Part shown: positions 10,075 to 18,701 of the stretch, in pieces
Layout: each line of letters opens with the position of its first letter
How positions within the stretch are numbered: the stretch's first letter is position 1
Virus record (IMG/VR): IMGVR_UViG_2850738089_000001
Location: 5,265 to 69,264 of that record
Source of the DNA: a virus
Lineage: Duplodnaviria > Caudoviricetes
DNA length: 64,000 bases
Strand: one strand, 5' to 3'
The notes under the pieces: generated by a model
What the model saw: only the letters and a program-made list of their open reading frames with translations
The model's database searches: none
Told to the model about the DNA's origin: nothing
Made by a program: the position numbers and the translations under genes

Positions 10075-10095
10075 AGCTATTTCGGGAGGTAGGCT

Positions 10096-10377
10096 ATGAG
10101 AGAGAGGGCAATTGAAAATAGATTCACGAATGAGGTTGTGAAGCGTGGAGGCAAAGCGCTTAAATTCACGTCCCCAGGACATAATGGTGTGCCGGACCGC
10201 ATCGTGCTTTTACCGGATGGCCGGACGGTGTATGTCGAGCTTAAGGCTCCGGGCAAACCTCTGAAACCTTTACAGGCGAAATGGGCAAGGACGTTAACCG
10301 ACATGGGTCATGTGTTTTACAAAATAGATTCTCACATTGATACCGATCGATTTATAACCGAGGTGTTTGGCTCATGA
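10096..10377 (+). CDS. VRR-NUC domain nuclease
   Basis: GVPDRIV...YVELKAPG...Q. Confidence 0.9.
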   Translation: MRERAIENRFTNEVVKRGGKALKFTSPGHNGVPDRIVLLPDGRTVYVELKAPGKPLKPLQAKWARTLTDMGHVFYKIDSHIDTDRFITEVFGS

Positions 10378-11735
10378 AATTCTCGCCGCATAAATATCAA
10401 GAGTATGCCGTTGATCGGATCATGGCTACCCCAGCGATAGGACTCCTTTTGGAGATGGGTCTTGGGAAAACAATTATCACATTAACAGCCATTGATCGGC
10501 TGTTGTATGACTCCTTCGAAGCAACAAAGGTTCTGATCATCGCACCGCTTCGAGTCGCTGAGGATACCTGGAGCCGTGAGTCAAGCAAGTGGGACCACAC
10601 GAAGCATTTACGGATTAGCAAGATTCTAGGTAACACCAAGAAGCGTGAAGCTGCTTTGAAAGCCGATGCTGACATCTACGTGATCAATCGTGAAAATGTA
10701 CAATGGTTGGTCGGCTTCCTTGGCAGCAAGTGGCCTTTTGATACCGTAGTGATAGACGAGTTATCCAGCTTTAAGAGCAGCAGCGCACAACGCTTCCGGG
10801 CACTTAAGCGAGTGCGGCCGTTGATGAAACGTGTAATCGGATTAACCGGTACGCCAGCGCCGAACGGCCTTCTTGATTTATGGGCGCAGATTTATCTACT
10901 GGATCGAGGTGAACGTTTAGGGACAACGATAAGTGGATACCGTGACCGTTACTTTTCAGCTGGTGCAAAGAGCGGCCATGTCGTATACGAGTGGAAGCAG
11001 AAGAAAGAAGCAGAGGACCGCATCCATGAACAGATCGCAGACATCTGTGTGAGCATGAAAGCTGAGGACTGGCTGGATATGCCGCAGCGTATTGACCGAG
11101 TTGTACCACTGGCGATGAGTGAAAAGGCTAGAGATCAATATGAGCAGCTTGAGAGGGATTTACTTCTACCAATGTCGGGAGCAGACATCGTAGCTAATAC
11201 CGCTGCGGTGTTATCCAATAAGCTGCTTCAGATGGCAAACGGAGCGGTGTATGACGAGGATCGCGGCGTTCGAGAGATCCATGACGTTAAATTGAATGCA
11301 CTAGAGGATTTGATTGAAGCCGCAAACGGGCATCCGGTGTTAGTGTTTTACGCCTATAAGCATGACTTGAGCCGGATCAAGAAGCGCTTCCCACAAGCCC
11401 GCACTTTGAACACAGCTGACGATATAGCAGAATGGAACAATGGCGGCATTCCAATACTTTTAGCTCATCCTGCTTCAGCCGGTCATGGGCTTAACCTTCA
11501 AGAAGGTGGCAACACCATTGTTTGGTTCGGACTCAACTGGAGCCTTGAGCTCTATCAGCAAGCAAACGCCAGATTGTACCGACAAGGACAAACCCGAAGT
11601 GTCATCATTCACCATTTGATAGCAGAAGGTACGATCGACGAGGATGTTATGGCGGCACTGGAGGGCAAAGCTGTTGGACAAGATGCTTTGATGGCAGCCG
11701 TTAAAGCGAGAATAGAACGAATAGGGGGTAACTAG
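10374..11735 (+). CDS. SNF2-like (SF2) helicase
   Basis: MGLGKT, IDELS, LTGTP, GHGLNLQ, QANARLYRQGQ. Confidence 0.92.
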   Translation: MKFSPHKYQEYAVDRIMATPAIGLLLEMGLGKTIITLTAIDRLLYDSFEATKVLIIAPLRVAEDTWSRESSKWDHTKHLRISKILGNTKKREAALKADADIYVINRENVQWLVGFLGSKWPFDTVVIDELSSFKSSSAQRFRALKRVRPLMKRVIGLTGTPAPNGLLDLWAQIYLLDRGERLGTTISGYRDRYFSAGAKSGHVVYEWKQKKEAEDRIHEQIADICVSMKAEDWLDMPQRIDRVVPLAMSEKARDQYEQLERDLLLPMSGADIVANTAAVLSNKLLQMANGAVYDEDRGVREIHDVKLNALEDLIEAANGHPVLVFYAYKHDLSRIKKRFPQARTLNTADDIAEWNNGGIPILLAHPASAGHGLNLQEGGNTIVWFGLNWSLELYQQANARLYRQGQTRSVIIHHLIAEGTIDEDVMAALEGKAVGQDALMAAVKARIERIGGN

Positions 11736-11737
11736 AC

Positions 11738-11992
11738 ATGACCCCAGATCAGCAACGCCGAATGTTCCAGCGCTTAAAAGGGATGAGCAATGAAAGGTTT
11801 TGGAAGCAGATGAACGTATTCCTAACGAAGTCTTATGCGGCAGCAGAGAGGCAGTATGGCGAGGCTATGGACATAGTCCTAACCCCTAAGCAGAAAGAAG
11901 CGGTTATTGCAAAGGCTAAAGAGATCCGTGTCGATTGGGATAAGTTAGACACGATAGATATCGAGAACACAGCGGGGGAGGAATTAGCATGA
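11738..11992 (+). CDS. Hypothetical protein
   Basis: 84 aa ORF, stop overlaps next ATG. Confidence 0.6.
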   Translation: MTPDQQRRMFQRLKGMSNERFWKQMNVFLTKSYAAAERQYGEAMDIVLTPKQKEAVIAKAKEIRVDWDKLDTIDIENTAGEELA

Positions 11993-12601
11993 ATGAACAA
12001 GCAGTCATCGAACAGTTAGCAAAATTTTAAGCGAATTGTAGCGAGAATTAAGATACTCGAAAAGTACCCAATCGGAAACGGTATAACAGTCAGCCGGTTG
12101 AATCAGGATGACCACCTTCAAGAATTGCACCGCCAGCTCCGCGGACTACCGACGTACATGTATCTGAATAAGCGAGAACAACGGCTGGAGACAGCGGCTC
12201 ACGCTTATCTGACAAAGTATCCAGCTGGTACGAAAGCACAACTGGGAGAGGTCATAACTACGTCTGGAGCAGATCCGGAAGATGAGAAACTTTTGCAAGA
12301 GCTGCGTGGAAAGATTGAGAAGGTTATCGAGGCCCGAACGGGTAATATCGGAGACTACGATTCTGTCATCGAACGGATCAGCGAGCTTCAGGATCTGGAG
12401 CAGCAAAAGGAGTACTTCGATAACGTACTGGAAGTGCTTGAAGATTATAAGCCCGGTTACGGTAAGCTTCTTCGACTGAGATACGTAGAGGATCTGCCAG
12501 CAGGTGAAGTGGCGACAGAACTAAAGGTTGTACGCAAGACTTTTGAGCGATGGAGACCTAAAGCTTTGTATGAATATGCAAAGATATCGGGAATGTCGTA
12601 A
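11989..12601 (+). pseudogene. Late-gene transcriptional activator (RinA/ArpU-like position, C-terminal HTH), split by a +1 frameshift at codon 13
   Basis: MNEQAVIEQLAKF* (stop 12028-12030) continues in +1 frame as KRIVARIKILEKYPIGNGITVSRLNQDD, collinear with intact paralog at 48027. Confidence 0.8.
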
Positions 12602-12668
12602 ATCTGTCGTAACGGTGTCGTAATAATGTCCCACATAAGCCATAATATCCGTGTTATTATGTTAGTAT
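12594..12668 (+). promoter_or_regulatory. Late promoter: four TGTC(GTAA) repeats at 11-bp period plus extended -10-like TGtTATTAT
   Basis: Repeats at 12594, 12605, 12616, 12627; TATTATGTTAGTAT shared with the copy at 48717. Confidence 0.7.
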
Positions 12669-12697
12669 CCAACAATATAACGATACGAATTAGAGCT

Positions 12698-12724
12698 AAA
12701 GCCGTCCATCTGGGCGGCTTTTTT
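12698..12724 (+). terminator. Leader terminator/attenuator of late operon
   Basis: AAAGCCGTCCA-tc-TGGGCGGCTTTTTT; near-identical copy at 48764. Confidence 0.75.
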
Positions 12725-12953
12725 CATACCCAAAACAGGAGGCTGTTAGAATGGGGAAAAGAATTACCGAGAAAGATCCGCCGAAGCAGCCTAGTAGATG
12801 CGTCCGCTGTTTATGGGGACGTTGGGCTGGTACGGTGCAAGTTTGCAGCATGCCAAAGTGCCAGAAAAAAGAATAGGCCGCAGGGATGCTTTCCCATGCG
12901 GCTAAATAAAATATTACCAGTTTATAGGTGCTTTGTAAATATGAAAGATCGGT

Positions 12954-13184
12954 TCACTGGTTTTTTCGATGGTACAGGCTTGCTTCTTCTTTGCGCTTGA
13001 GCACATCACTGCGAAAGAATAAGCGTTCCTTACCGGAATCCTTAACCGGAACTAGCTTACCATTCTTCACAAAGAGGTGAATGTTCTGCCGGCTGCAATC
13101 CATGATTTCCATTGCTTCATTTGTACCAATGAGTTCGCGGGAGATCCATTCCGCTAATTCTTCTTTGCTGTTGAATGTGTACAT
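12954..13184 (-). CDS. Excisionase/MerR-like HTH DNA-binding protein
   Basis: IGTNEAMEIMDCSRQNIHLFVKNGKL..RLFFRSDV. Confidence 0.75.
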   Translation of the reverse strand: MYTFNSKEELAEWISRELIGTNEAMEIMDCSRQNIHLFVKNGKLVPVKDSGKERLFFRSDVLKRKEEASLYHRKNQ

Positions 13185-13190
13185 GTGAAA

Positions 13191-13289
13191 TCACCACTTT
13201 ACAATGAGTATAGTCAATGCGGCCAAGCTGATAATAAGGGATGCAATACTCAATATCATTGTTGCCTTTTGCATTCTTTTGCTATTCAT
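13191..13289 (-). CDS. 32-aa single-TM peptide MNSKRMQKATMILSIASLIISLAALTILIVKW
   Basis: AAAGGAG RBS, hydrophobic helix; not in ORF track. Confidence 0.65.
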   Translation of the reverse strand: MNSKRMQKATMILSIASLIISLAALTILIVKW

Positions 13290-13392
13290 ACCGCCAGCTC
13301 CTTTGTGTTATAATCTGAGGTAAGAAAGACGACACCTGATTTCACTTGCCCTTCAACCAAAGCCCCTTTCGGGGCTAAGGTTTCGGGTGACC

Positions 13393-13512
13393 CTAGCGGA
13401 TCAATGTGATGATGAGGATGCTGACTGAGTTTATCAAGGTGATGATGACCGTCACCATCTTGAACATTTCAACTCTTTCCTCTTGTCGTCTTTCTTCTCT
13501 CGTTTTTTCCAA
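13393..13512 (-). CDS. 39-aa single-TM peptide MEKTREERRQEERVEMFKMVTVIITLINSVSILIITLIR
   Basis: AGGAGGTG RBS, TTG start, charged N-terminus plus hydrophobic helix; not in ORF track. Confidence 0.65.
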   Translation of the reverse strand: MEKTREERRQEERVEMFKMVTVIITLINSVSILIITLIR

Positions 13513-13538
13513 TGTGTTCACCTCCTTTCTCTATTTCT

Positions 13539-13567
13539 ATTATAGCAAGATACTTTACGTTCGTCAA
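13539..13567 (-). promoter_or_regulatory. Near-consensus sigma-A promoter for peptide/HTH operon
   Basis: TTGACG-17 bp-TATAAT with extended TG on minus strand. Confidence 0.75.
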
Positions 13568-13653
13568 GTATGTATTTGTATTATTTGAATATATTATTAA
13601 TTATGAGCGCCCATTTCGGGTGCTCTTCCTATTTCGGGGGTGGGTGTTATGAA

Positions 13654-14106
13654 GTGAAACCGATATCTCAAAAACAAAAGGCTTTTGTTGATCGCTATAT
13701 AGAAATCGGCAATGCAACGCAGGCATACATTGATGCTGGATATAGTGTTACTAAACGCAGCGTAGCTGATGCTAATGGACGGAAGCTGTTACATAAACCA
13801 AATGTTAAGAAGTATCTGGACGAGCGGATCACTGTCAAGGATAGTGAGAAGATCGCTAAACAAGATGAGGTCCTTCAGTTCCTATCGAAGGTTATGCGAG
13901 GAGAAGTCCAGGAGAAGTTCCCTCTTGGCCTTGGTATGGGTGAACAGCAGCTCGTAAAGAAGGAGCTGGATGGGAAAGACCGTATCAAAGCCGCTGAGCT
14001 GTTAGGCAAGCGTTATGCACTCTGGACTGATAAGCAACTGCTTGATAGTGTTGTGGGCGTTCAGATCATTGATGATTTGGGGGCTGATGGCGATGATGAA
14101 GGTTAA
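13654..14106 (+). CDS. terS: Terminase small subunit
   Basis: KQKAFVDRYIEIGNATQAYIDAGYS, DRIKAAELLGKR; GTG start chosen. Confidence 0.9.
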   Translation: MKPISQKQKAFVDRYIEIGNATQAYIDAGYSVTKRSVADANGRKLLHKPNVKKYLDERITVKDSEKIAKQDEVLQFLSKVMRGEVQEKFPLGLGMGEQQLVKKELDGKDRIKAAELLGKRYALWTDKQLLDSVVGVQIIDDLGADGDDEG

Positions 14107-15352
14107 GTTATCCAGACTCATCACAACTCGTTTTCAGAAGTTCTGGAGAGCTGCCAACTCACGTCGGTATCTGAGGCATGTCCTCAAAGGCGGTCGGGGG
14201 TCGGCCAAGTCAACTCACATCGCCATGAAATTGATTGTTGATATGATGCGCTATCCAGTGACTACGCTCTGTGTCCGTAAAGTTGGGCGGACGTTGGACG
14301 AATCCGTATTTGAGCAATTAAAAGAAGCGATTGAGATCCTTGGGGTAGGTCAATACTGGCGCACTCTTAAATCACCGCTACAACTGATCTACATACCAAG
14401 AGGAAACAAGATCATATTCCGAGGCGCCGATGACCCAGCAAAGATCAAATCGATTAAAATGAGTAAATTCCCACTCGCTTTCCTATGGATTGAGGAACTG
14501 GCTGAATTTAAAACAGAAGATGAAATCTCGACCATTGAAAACTCCGTGCTTCGCGCCGAGCTGCCTGATGGTCTTTTTTATGCCTTTTATTGTAGCTATA
14601 ACCCACCAAAACGTAAGCAGAGTTGGGTGAATAAGAAATACGATACTGTAGTCGATATACCGACCAACACATGTGTCCATCACTCCACCTACCTGGAGAA
14701 TCCACATATCTCAAGGGCATTTATCGAGGAAGCCGAGAGCGTCAGAGCAAAGAACGAGCAAAAGTATGATTGGGAATACCTCGGGAAGGCGATCGGTAGT
14801 GGCGTGGTACCCTTTGATAACCTCGTCTTCCGTAGAATTACAGACGATGAGTTAAAGAGCTTTGATAACATTCGGCAGGGCAACGACTGGGGTTACGGTG
14901 TGGATCCGGTGGCTTTCGTCCGCTGGCATTACGACAAAACGCGTCGTCGCATCTTTGCTATCGATGAAATATATGGTGTGAAAATATCTAACCGGGAGCT
15001 ATCCGAGAAGATAAAGGTCAAGGGGTACGATCAATTGATGACGATCGCCGATAGCGCAGAGCCGAAATCAATTGACGAACTAAAGCTCCAGCACCATATT
15101 CGTATCAAGGGTGCGAAGAAGGGGCCAGGCAGCGTGGAATACGGAGAGAAGTGGTTGGATGATCTGGAAGAGATAGTTATCGATCCGCAGCGGACACCGA
15201 ATACAGCGAAAGAGTTTGAGAATATCGACTATCAAACGGACGCTGATGGTAATCCGCGTACAAAGTTAGAGGACAAGGATAATCATACGATCGATGCTAC
15301 GAGGTACGCGTTTGAAGGGGATATGAAGCAATCAGGTATATCTTTTGATTAG
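14093..15352 (+). CDS. terL: Terminase large subunit, PBSX (XtmB) family
   Basis: LKGGRGSAKS, WIEE, GNDWGY, DNHTIDATRYA. Confidence 0.95.
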   Translation: MMKVKLSRLITTRFQKFWRAANSRRYLRHVLKGGRGSAKSTHIAMKLIVDMMRYPVTTLCVRKVGRTLDESVFEQLKEAIEILGVGQYWRTLKSPLQLIYIPRGNKIIFRGADDPAKIKSIKMSKFPLAFLWIEELAEFKTEDEISTIENSVLRAELPDGLFYAFYCSYNPPKRKQSWVNKKYDTVVDIPTNTCVHHSTYLENPHISRAFIEEAESVRAKNEQKYDWEYLGKAIGSGVVPFDNLVFRRITDDELKSFDNIRQGNDWGYGVDPVAFVRWHYDKTRRRIFAIDEIYGVKISNRELSEKIKVKGYDQLMTIADSAEPKSIDELKLQHHIRIKGAKKGPGSVEYGEKWLDDLEEIVIDPQRTPNTAKEFENIDYQTDADGNPRTKLEDKDNHTIDATRYAFEGDMKQSGISFD

Positions 15353-15369
15353 GAAGGCGGTGATGTGAA

Positions 15370-16827
15370 TTGACAGCTGCTATGCAAACCATATCAGACA
15401 TTATAAAAGCAGGAGCTCCGATGACACTTGAGCAGATCATTAAGCAAGAGATAGATGATTGGCGTCGTTCACCTGAGTTAAAGCTCATGAAGCTTGGACA
15501 GCAGTATTATGGAGGGGATCATGAGGTCCTCAAGCGTAGACGAGAGGTCATCGGCGAGGGTGGTCGGAAGGTAGAGGATAAGAACCTTGCAAATCGAAGA
15601 CTTGTTCATATGTTTATTCGCAAGCTGGTTGATCAGAAGATAGGCTACTTGCTTTCAAAGCAACCTTCTATCCAAACCAATAATGAGGCTTATGCATCGG
15701 AGCTGTCGGACATATTTGGAAAAGCGTTTCTAAGGCTGCTAAAGAATATCGGCAAAGATGCCATTAACAACGGTATCGGATGGCTGCATGTTTATTACAA
15801 TGACACTGGCGAACTGGCATTCAAGCGCATTTCACCGGATGAAGTGATACCGCTGTGGAAGGATTCAGCCCATACGGAGCTAGACGGAGTGATTCGTACC
15901 TATGAGCTGGATTACTACGAGGGCATGAACAAGAGAGCAATCACCAAAGTCGAGTATTGGGATAACACCGGTGTTCGGAGGTATACGCTTGATGCAATAG
16001 GCTCAGTAGGACTGAAATCGGATGAGGAAGCCGGGGCATTTGGCTCCCACTTTTCAGCCATGGAGGGTGAAGGCAAGGAGACCCCACTGAACTGGGAGCA
16101 AGTACCGTTCATACCGTTTAAATATAATGACGACGAGCTGCCGCTTATCAAGGTGTTACAATCACTCGTTGATGATTACGATGAGCAGAGAAGTGATAAC
16201 AGCAATAACATTGCAGACTTGCCTAATGGGATATACGTCTTGAAGGATTACGACGGTACGGATCTGGGGGAGTTTCGGCACAACCTGTCTAGATACCGAG
16301 CTGTAAAGGTGCAAGGCGATGGAGATGTGAATACACTAACGCTTGATCTTAACCCGGAAGCTTTAAAGCAGCACGTTGAACAGCTGCGTAAAGACATATA
16401 CGAGTTCGGGCGTGGAGTAGATACGCAGTCTGATAAATTTGGGAGCAGCCCAAGCGGGATCGCATTGAGATTCTTGTATGCAGATTTGGATTTGGATGCA
16501 AATGATATTGAAAACGAATTCCAAGCAGGATTAGAACAGCTCCTATGGTTTGTGGACAAACATATTGCAAATACGATCGGCACGGATTATTCCGATGTGT
16601 CGGTCGATTTTATTTTTAACCGCGATATGATGATTAATGAAACGGAAGCTGTCAATAACGTGAAGAGCAGTGTCGGTATTATCTCTGATGAAACCCTAAT
16701 TGCTAATCATCCATTTGTTACCGATCCTGCCGATGAGTTAGCCCGAATGGAGAAACAAAAGGCATTAGAGCCAGCCCCATATAGCGGTTTAAATCCAGAT
16801 AATTCGCCTAATGGAGCTGGGGGCTAA
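15370..16827 (+). CDS. Portal protein, SPP1 family
   Basis: LVDQKIGYL, VPFIPFKYN, SGIALRFLY; follows terL. Confidence 0.92.
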   Translation: MTAAMQTISDIIKAGAPMTLEQIIKQEIDDWRRSPELKLMKLGQQYYGGDHEVLKRRREVIGEGGRKVEDKNLANRRLVHMFIRKLVDQKIGYLLSKQPSIQTNNEAYASELSDIFGKAFLRLLKNIGKDAINNGIGWLHVYYNDTGELAFKRISPDEVIPLWKDSAHTELDGVIRTYELDYYEGMNKRAITKVEYWDNTGVRRYTLDAIGSVGLKSDEEAGAFGSHFSAMEGEGKETPLNWEQVPFIPFKYNDDELPLIKVLQSLVDDYDEQRSDNSNNIADLPNGIYVLKDYDGTDLGEFRHNLSRYRAVKVQGDGDVNTLTLDLNPEALKQHVEQLRKDIYEFGRGVDTQSDKFGSSPSGIALRFLYADLDLDANDIENEFQAGLEQLLWFVDKHIANTIGTDYSDVSVDFIFNRDMMINETEAVNNVKSSVGIISDETLIANHPFVTDPADELARMEKQKALEPAPYSGLNPDNSPNGAGG

Positions 16828-18473
16828 TGAGAACCGATGCATACTGGGCGGGAAGGCTCGAAACGCTAAATGAATCACAACTCAACAAAGGCGAAAAATA
16901 TATTCAGAGCATGAATACCCAGTACGAAAAGGCCATGTCGTCCATACAGCGGGACATTGATTCTTTTTACGGACGCTTTGCAATCAATAACGGTGTAGAC
17001 ATGGCAACCGCTCGACAGATGCTCAAAGCGGGAGAGCTCAAAGAGTTCAAATGGACCGTCGAGGATTACATTAAACGCGGTAAAGAGAACGCAATTGATC
17101 AACGATGGATGAAGGAATTGGAAAACGCCAGTATTCGGGTTCGTATGAGTCGTTTAGAGGCGTTGCAGATACAGATGCAACAGCACGTTGAGGTATTGGC
17201 TGCTTCGCGGCAGGCTGGCGCTCAGGGATTGCTAGGCGGCATATACAAAGATAACTACCACCGGTCTATTTTCGAGTTGCAGAAGGGTGCAGGGATTGGC
17301 TCATCTTTCGCTAAACTAGATAGTATCCAGTTGGACAAGCTGTTATCAACACCTTGGGCGCCGGATGGAACCAATTTCAGTGGGCGGATATGGGCTGATC
17401 GGAAGAAGCTTATCAGCGAGTTAAAGACGGCGTTAACGCAAAATTTAATCCGCGGTGACTCAAAAGATCAAGTCATTTCTGAATTCTCCAAACGAATGGG
17501 CGTTTCTCGTTCTGCTGCTGCACGAATCATCATGACAGAATCGGCCTATATATCAGGGCAGTCTCGCCTTGATGCTTATAAGGAGCTAGGGGTTACTGAA
17601 TATAAGTACATGGCTACCTTGGATTTGCGAACTTCATCTATCTGTAAGAGTATGGACGGTAAAATCATCCCCATTACGGAAGCTCAAGCGGGCGTGAACT
17701 ATCCACCGCTGCATGCACATTGTCGTTCGACGACGATCCCGCATTTTGAGGATAACGTTCAGGAGCGTGCAGCAAGGGGTGATGACGGAAAGACGTATGG
17801 TGTGCCAGGTGATATCACCTACCAGGAGTGGGAGAAAAAGCATTTACCTTCGGAAAAGAATGGGATGCACGGAATTGACGAATTAGTAACTTCTCAATCT
17901 ATTCAACAACCGCTGAATAATGATATAATAAAATCATCCAGTTTTCGGAAATTTTCTACCGCCGAAGAAACACAAGCGTGGATCGATCAAGTTACACCTG
18001 CTTGGATAGGACAATTAACGATCCAAGAGGCAGAAGCGATTAGACGGTATACAGGTAATGATTACTTGGATATTAATAAAAATTTGCGTGCCGGTGGCGG
18101 GATGAAGGTTTATGATAATGTTGCCAAAGATATTAGCTCGGCGCTCTCTAAATTTAATTTGCTAGAGAACATAGTTGTATATCGTGGTCTCGAGCGTAAT
18201 ATCTTTAATATGCCTGTTGAGCAGATGCCAGGGTTAATTATTGAGGAAGCAGCATTTGTTAGTACAACCTTGTTATCGGACAGAGCCTTCTCGGGTACAG
18301 TAAGGCTTGAACTAAGGGTACCGGCTAAATCAACTGGTGCTGCAGTAGTTCCATTAAGTGAATTCGAAGGAGAATATGAATTTCTTCTGGATAAGAAAAC
18401 AAAATATCAAATAGTCGAGGCTAGTGAAATGGCAGGAATACTAATTATTATAGCGGAGGTGCTTCCCAAATGA
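16827..18473 (+). CDS. Minor capsid protein MuF (SPP1 gp7-like) fused to C-terminal VIP2-like ADP-ribosyltransferase
   Basis: PPLHAHCRSTT MuF motif; ART signature YRG...FVSTT...EYE preceded by AIRRYT..YLDINKNLR. Confidence 0.88.
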   Translation: MRTDAYWAGRLETLNESQLNKGEKYIQSMNTQYEKAMSSIQRDIDSFYGRFAINNGVDMATARQMLKAGELKEFKWTVEDYIKRGKENAIDQRWMKELENASIRVRMSRLEALQIQMQQHVEVLAASRQAGAQGLLGGIYKDNYHRSIFELQKGAGIGSSFAKLDSIQLDKLLSTPWAPDGTNFSGRIWADRKKLISELKTALTQNLIRGDSKDQVISEFSKRMGVSRSAAARIIMTESAYISGQSRLDAYKELGVTEYKYMATLDLRTSSICKSMDGKIIPITEAQAGVNYPPLHAHCRSTTIPHFEDNVQERAARGDDGKTYGVPGDITYQEWEKKHLPSEKNGMHGIDELVTSQSIQQPLNNDIIKSSSFRKFSTAEETQAWIDQVTPAWIGQLTIQEAEAIRRYTGNDYLDINKNLRAGGGMKVYDNVAKDISSALSKFNLLENIVVYRGLERNIFNMPVEQMPGLIIEEAAFVSTTLLSDRAFSGTVRLELRVPAKSTGAAVVPLSEFEGEYEFLLDKKTKYQIVEASEMAGILIIIAEVLPK

Positions 18474-18565
18474 CTGAGAATAAGTCAACCTTTAGACCGG
18501 ACCGCTTTACGGCCACAAAAGAAGATGTGAAAATTATTACTCCTAAAAAAGAAGAGAAGAAATAA
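18470..18565 (+). CDS. 31-aa peptide MTENKSTFRPDRFTATKEDVKIITPKKEEKK, candidate immunity protein
   Basis: ATGA overlap with MuF-ART stop, GGAGGT RBS, followed by terminator. Confidence 0.6.
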   Translation: MTENKSTFRPDRFTATKEDVKIITPKKEEKK

Positions 18566-18566
18566 C

Positions 18567-18595
18567 AAGCACTCTCACATATGAGGGTGCTTTTT
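18567..18595 (+). terminator. Terminator after MuF-ART/peptide
   Basis: AAGCACTCTCA-cata-TGAGGGTGCTTTTT. Confidence 0.75.
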
Positions 18596-18599
18596 GTTT

Positions 18600-18684
18600 G
18601 GGCTCTGGCTGAGACTGCCGGGGCCTATTTGCTCGTTTGCCGGAGCATCACGGCTGCCCAAGGCGGGGTTGCGCCATAAAAACC
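18600..18684 (+). ncRNA. Structured leader RNA upstream of scaffold gene (hairpin plus two predicted H-type pseudoknots)
   Basis: GGGCTCTGGC-TGAGACT-GCCGGGGCCT; GCTC/GAGC with GCCG/CGGC; GGCG/CGCC with GGTT/AACC; homologue at 48891. Confidence 0.6.
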
Positions 18685-18701
18685 AATGGGAGTGTGCAGC
18701 A

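Noticed and set aside
9578-10182. Short ORFs over the origin region
   Set aside because: By-products of the iteron repeats (CH/VT-rich translations)
12626-13000. 124-aa ORF downstream of activator
   Set aside because: Runs through promoter repeats and a terminator, no RBS, no recognisable motifs
18606-18620. TPP riboswitch (CUGAGA motif)
   Set aside because: Remaining TPP aptamer elements and thiamine-related genes are absent
18594-18701. N-terminal extension of scaffold ORF as given in the ORF track
   Set aside because: Region is a structured leader; the RBS-preceded ATG at 18702 fits the family start
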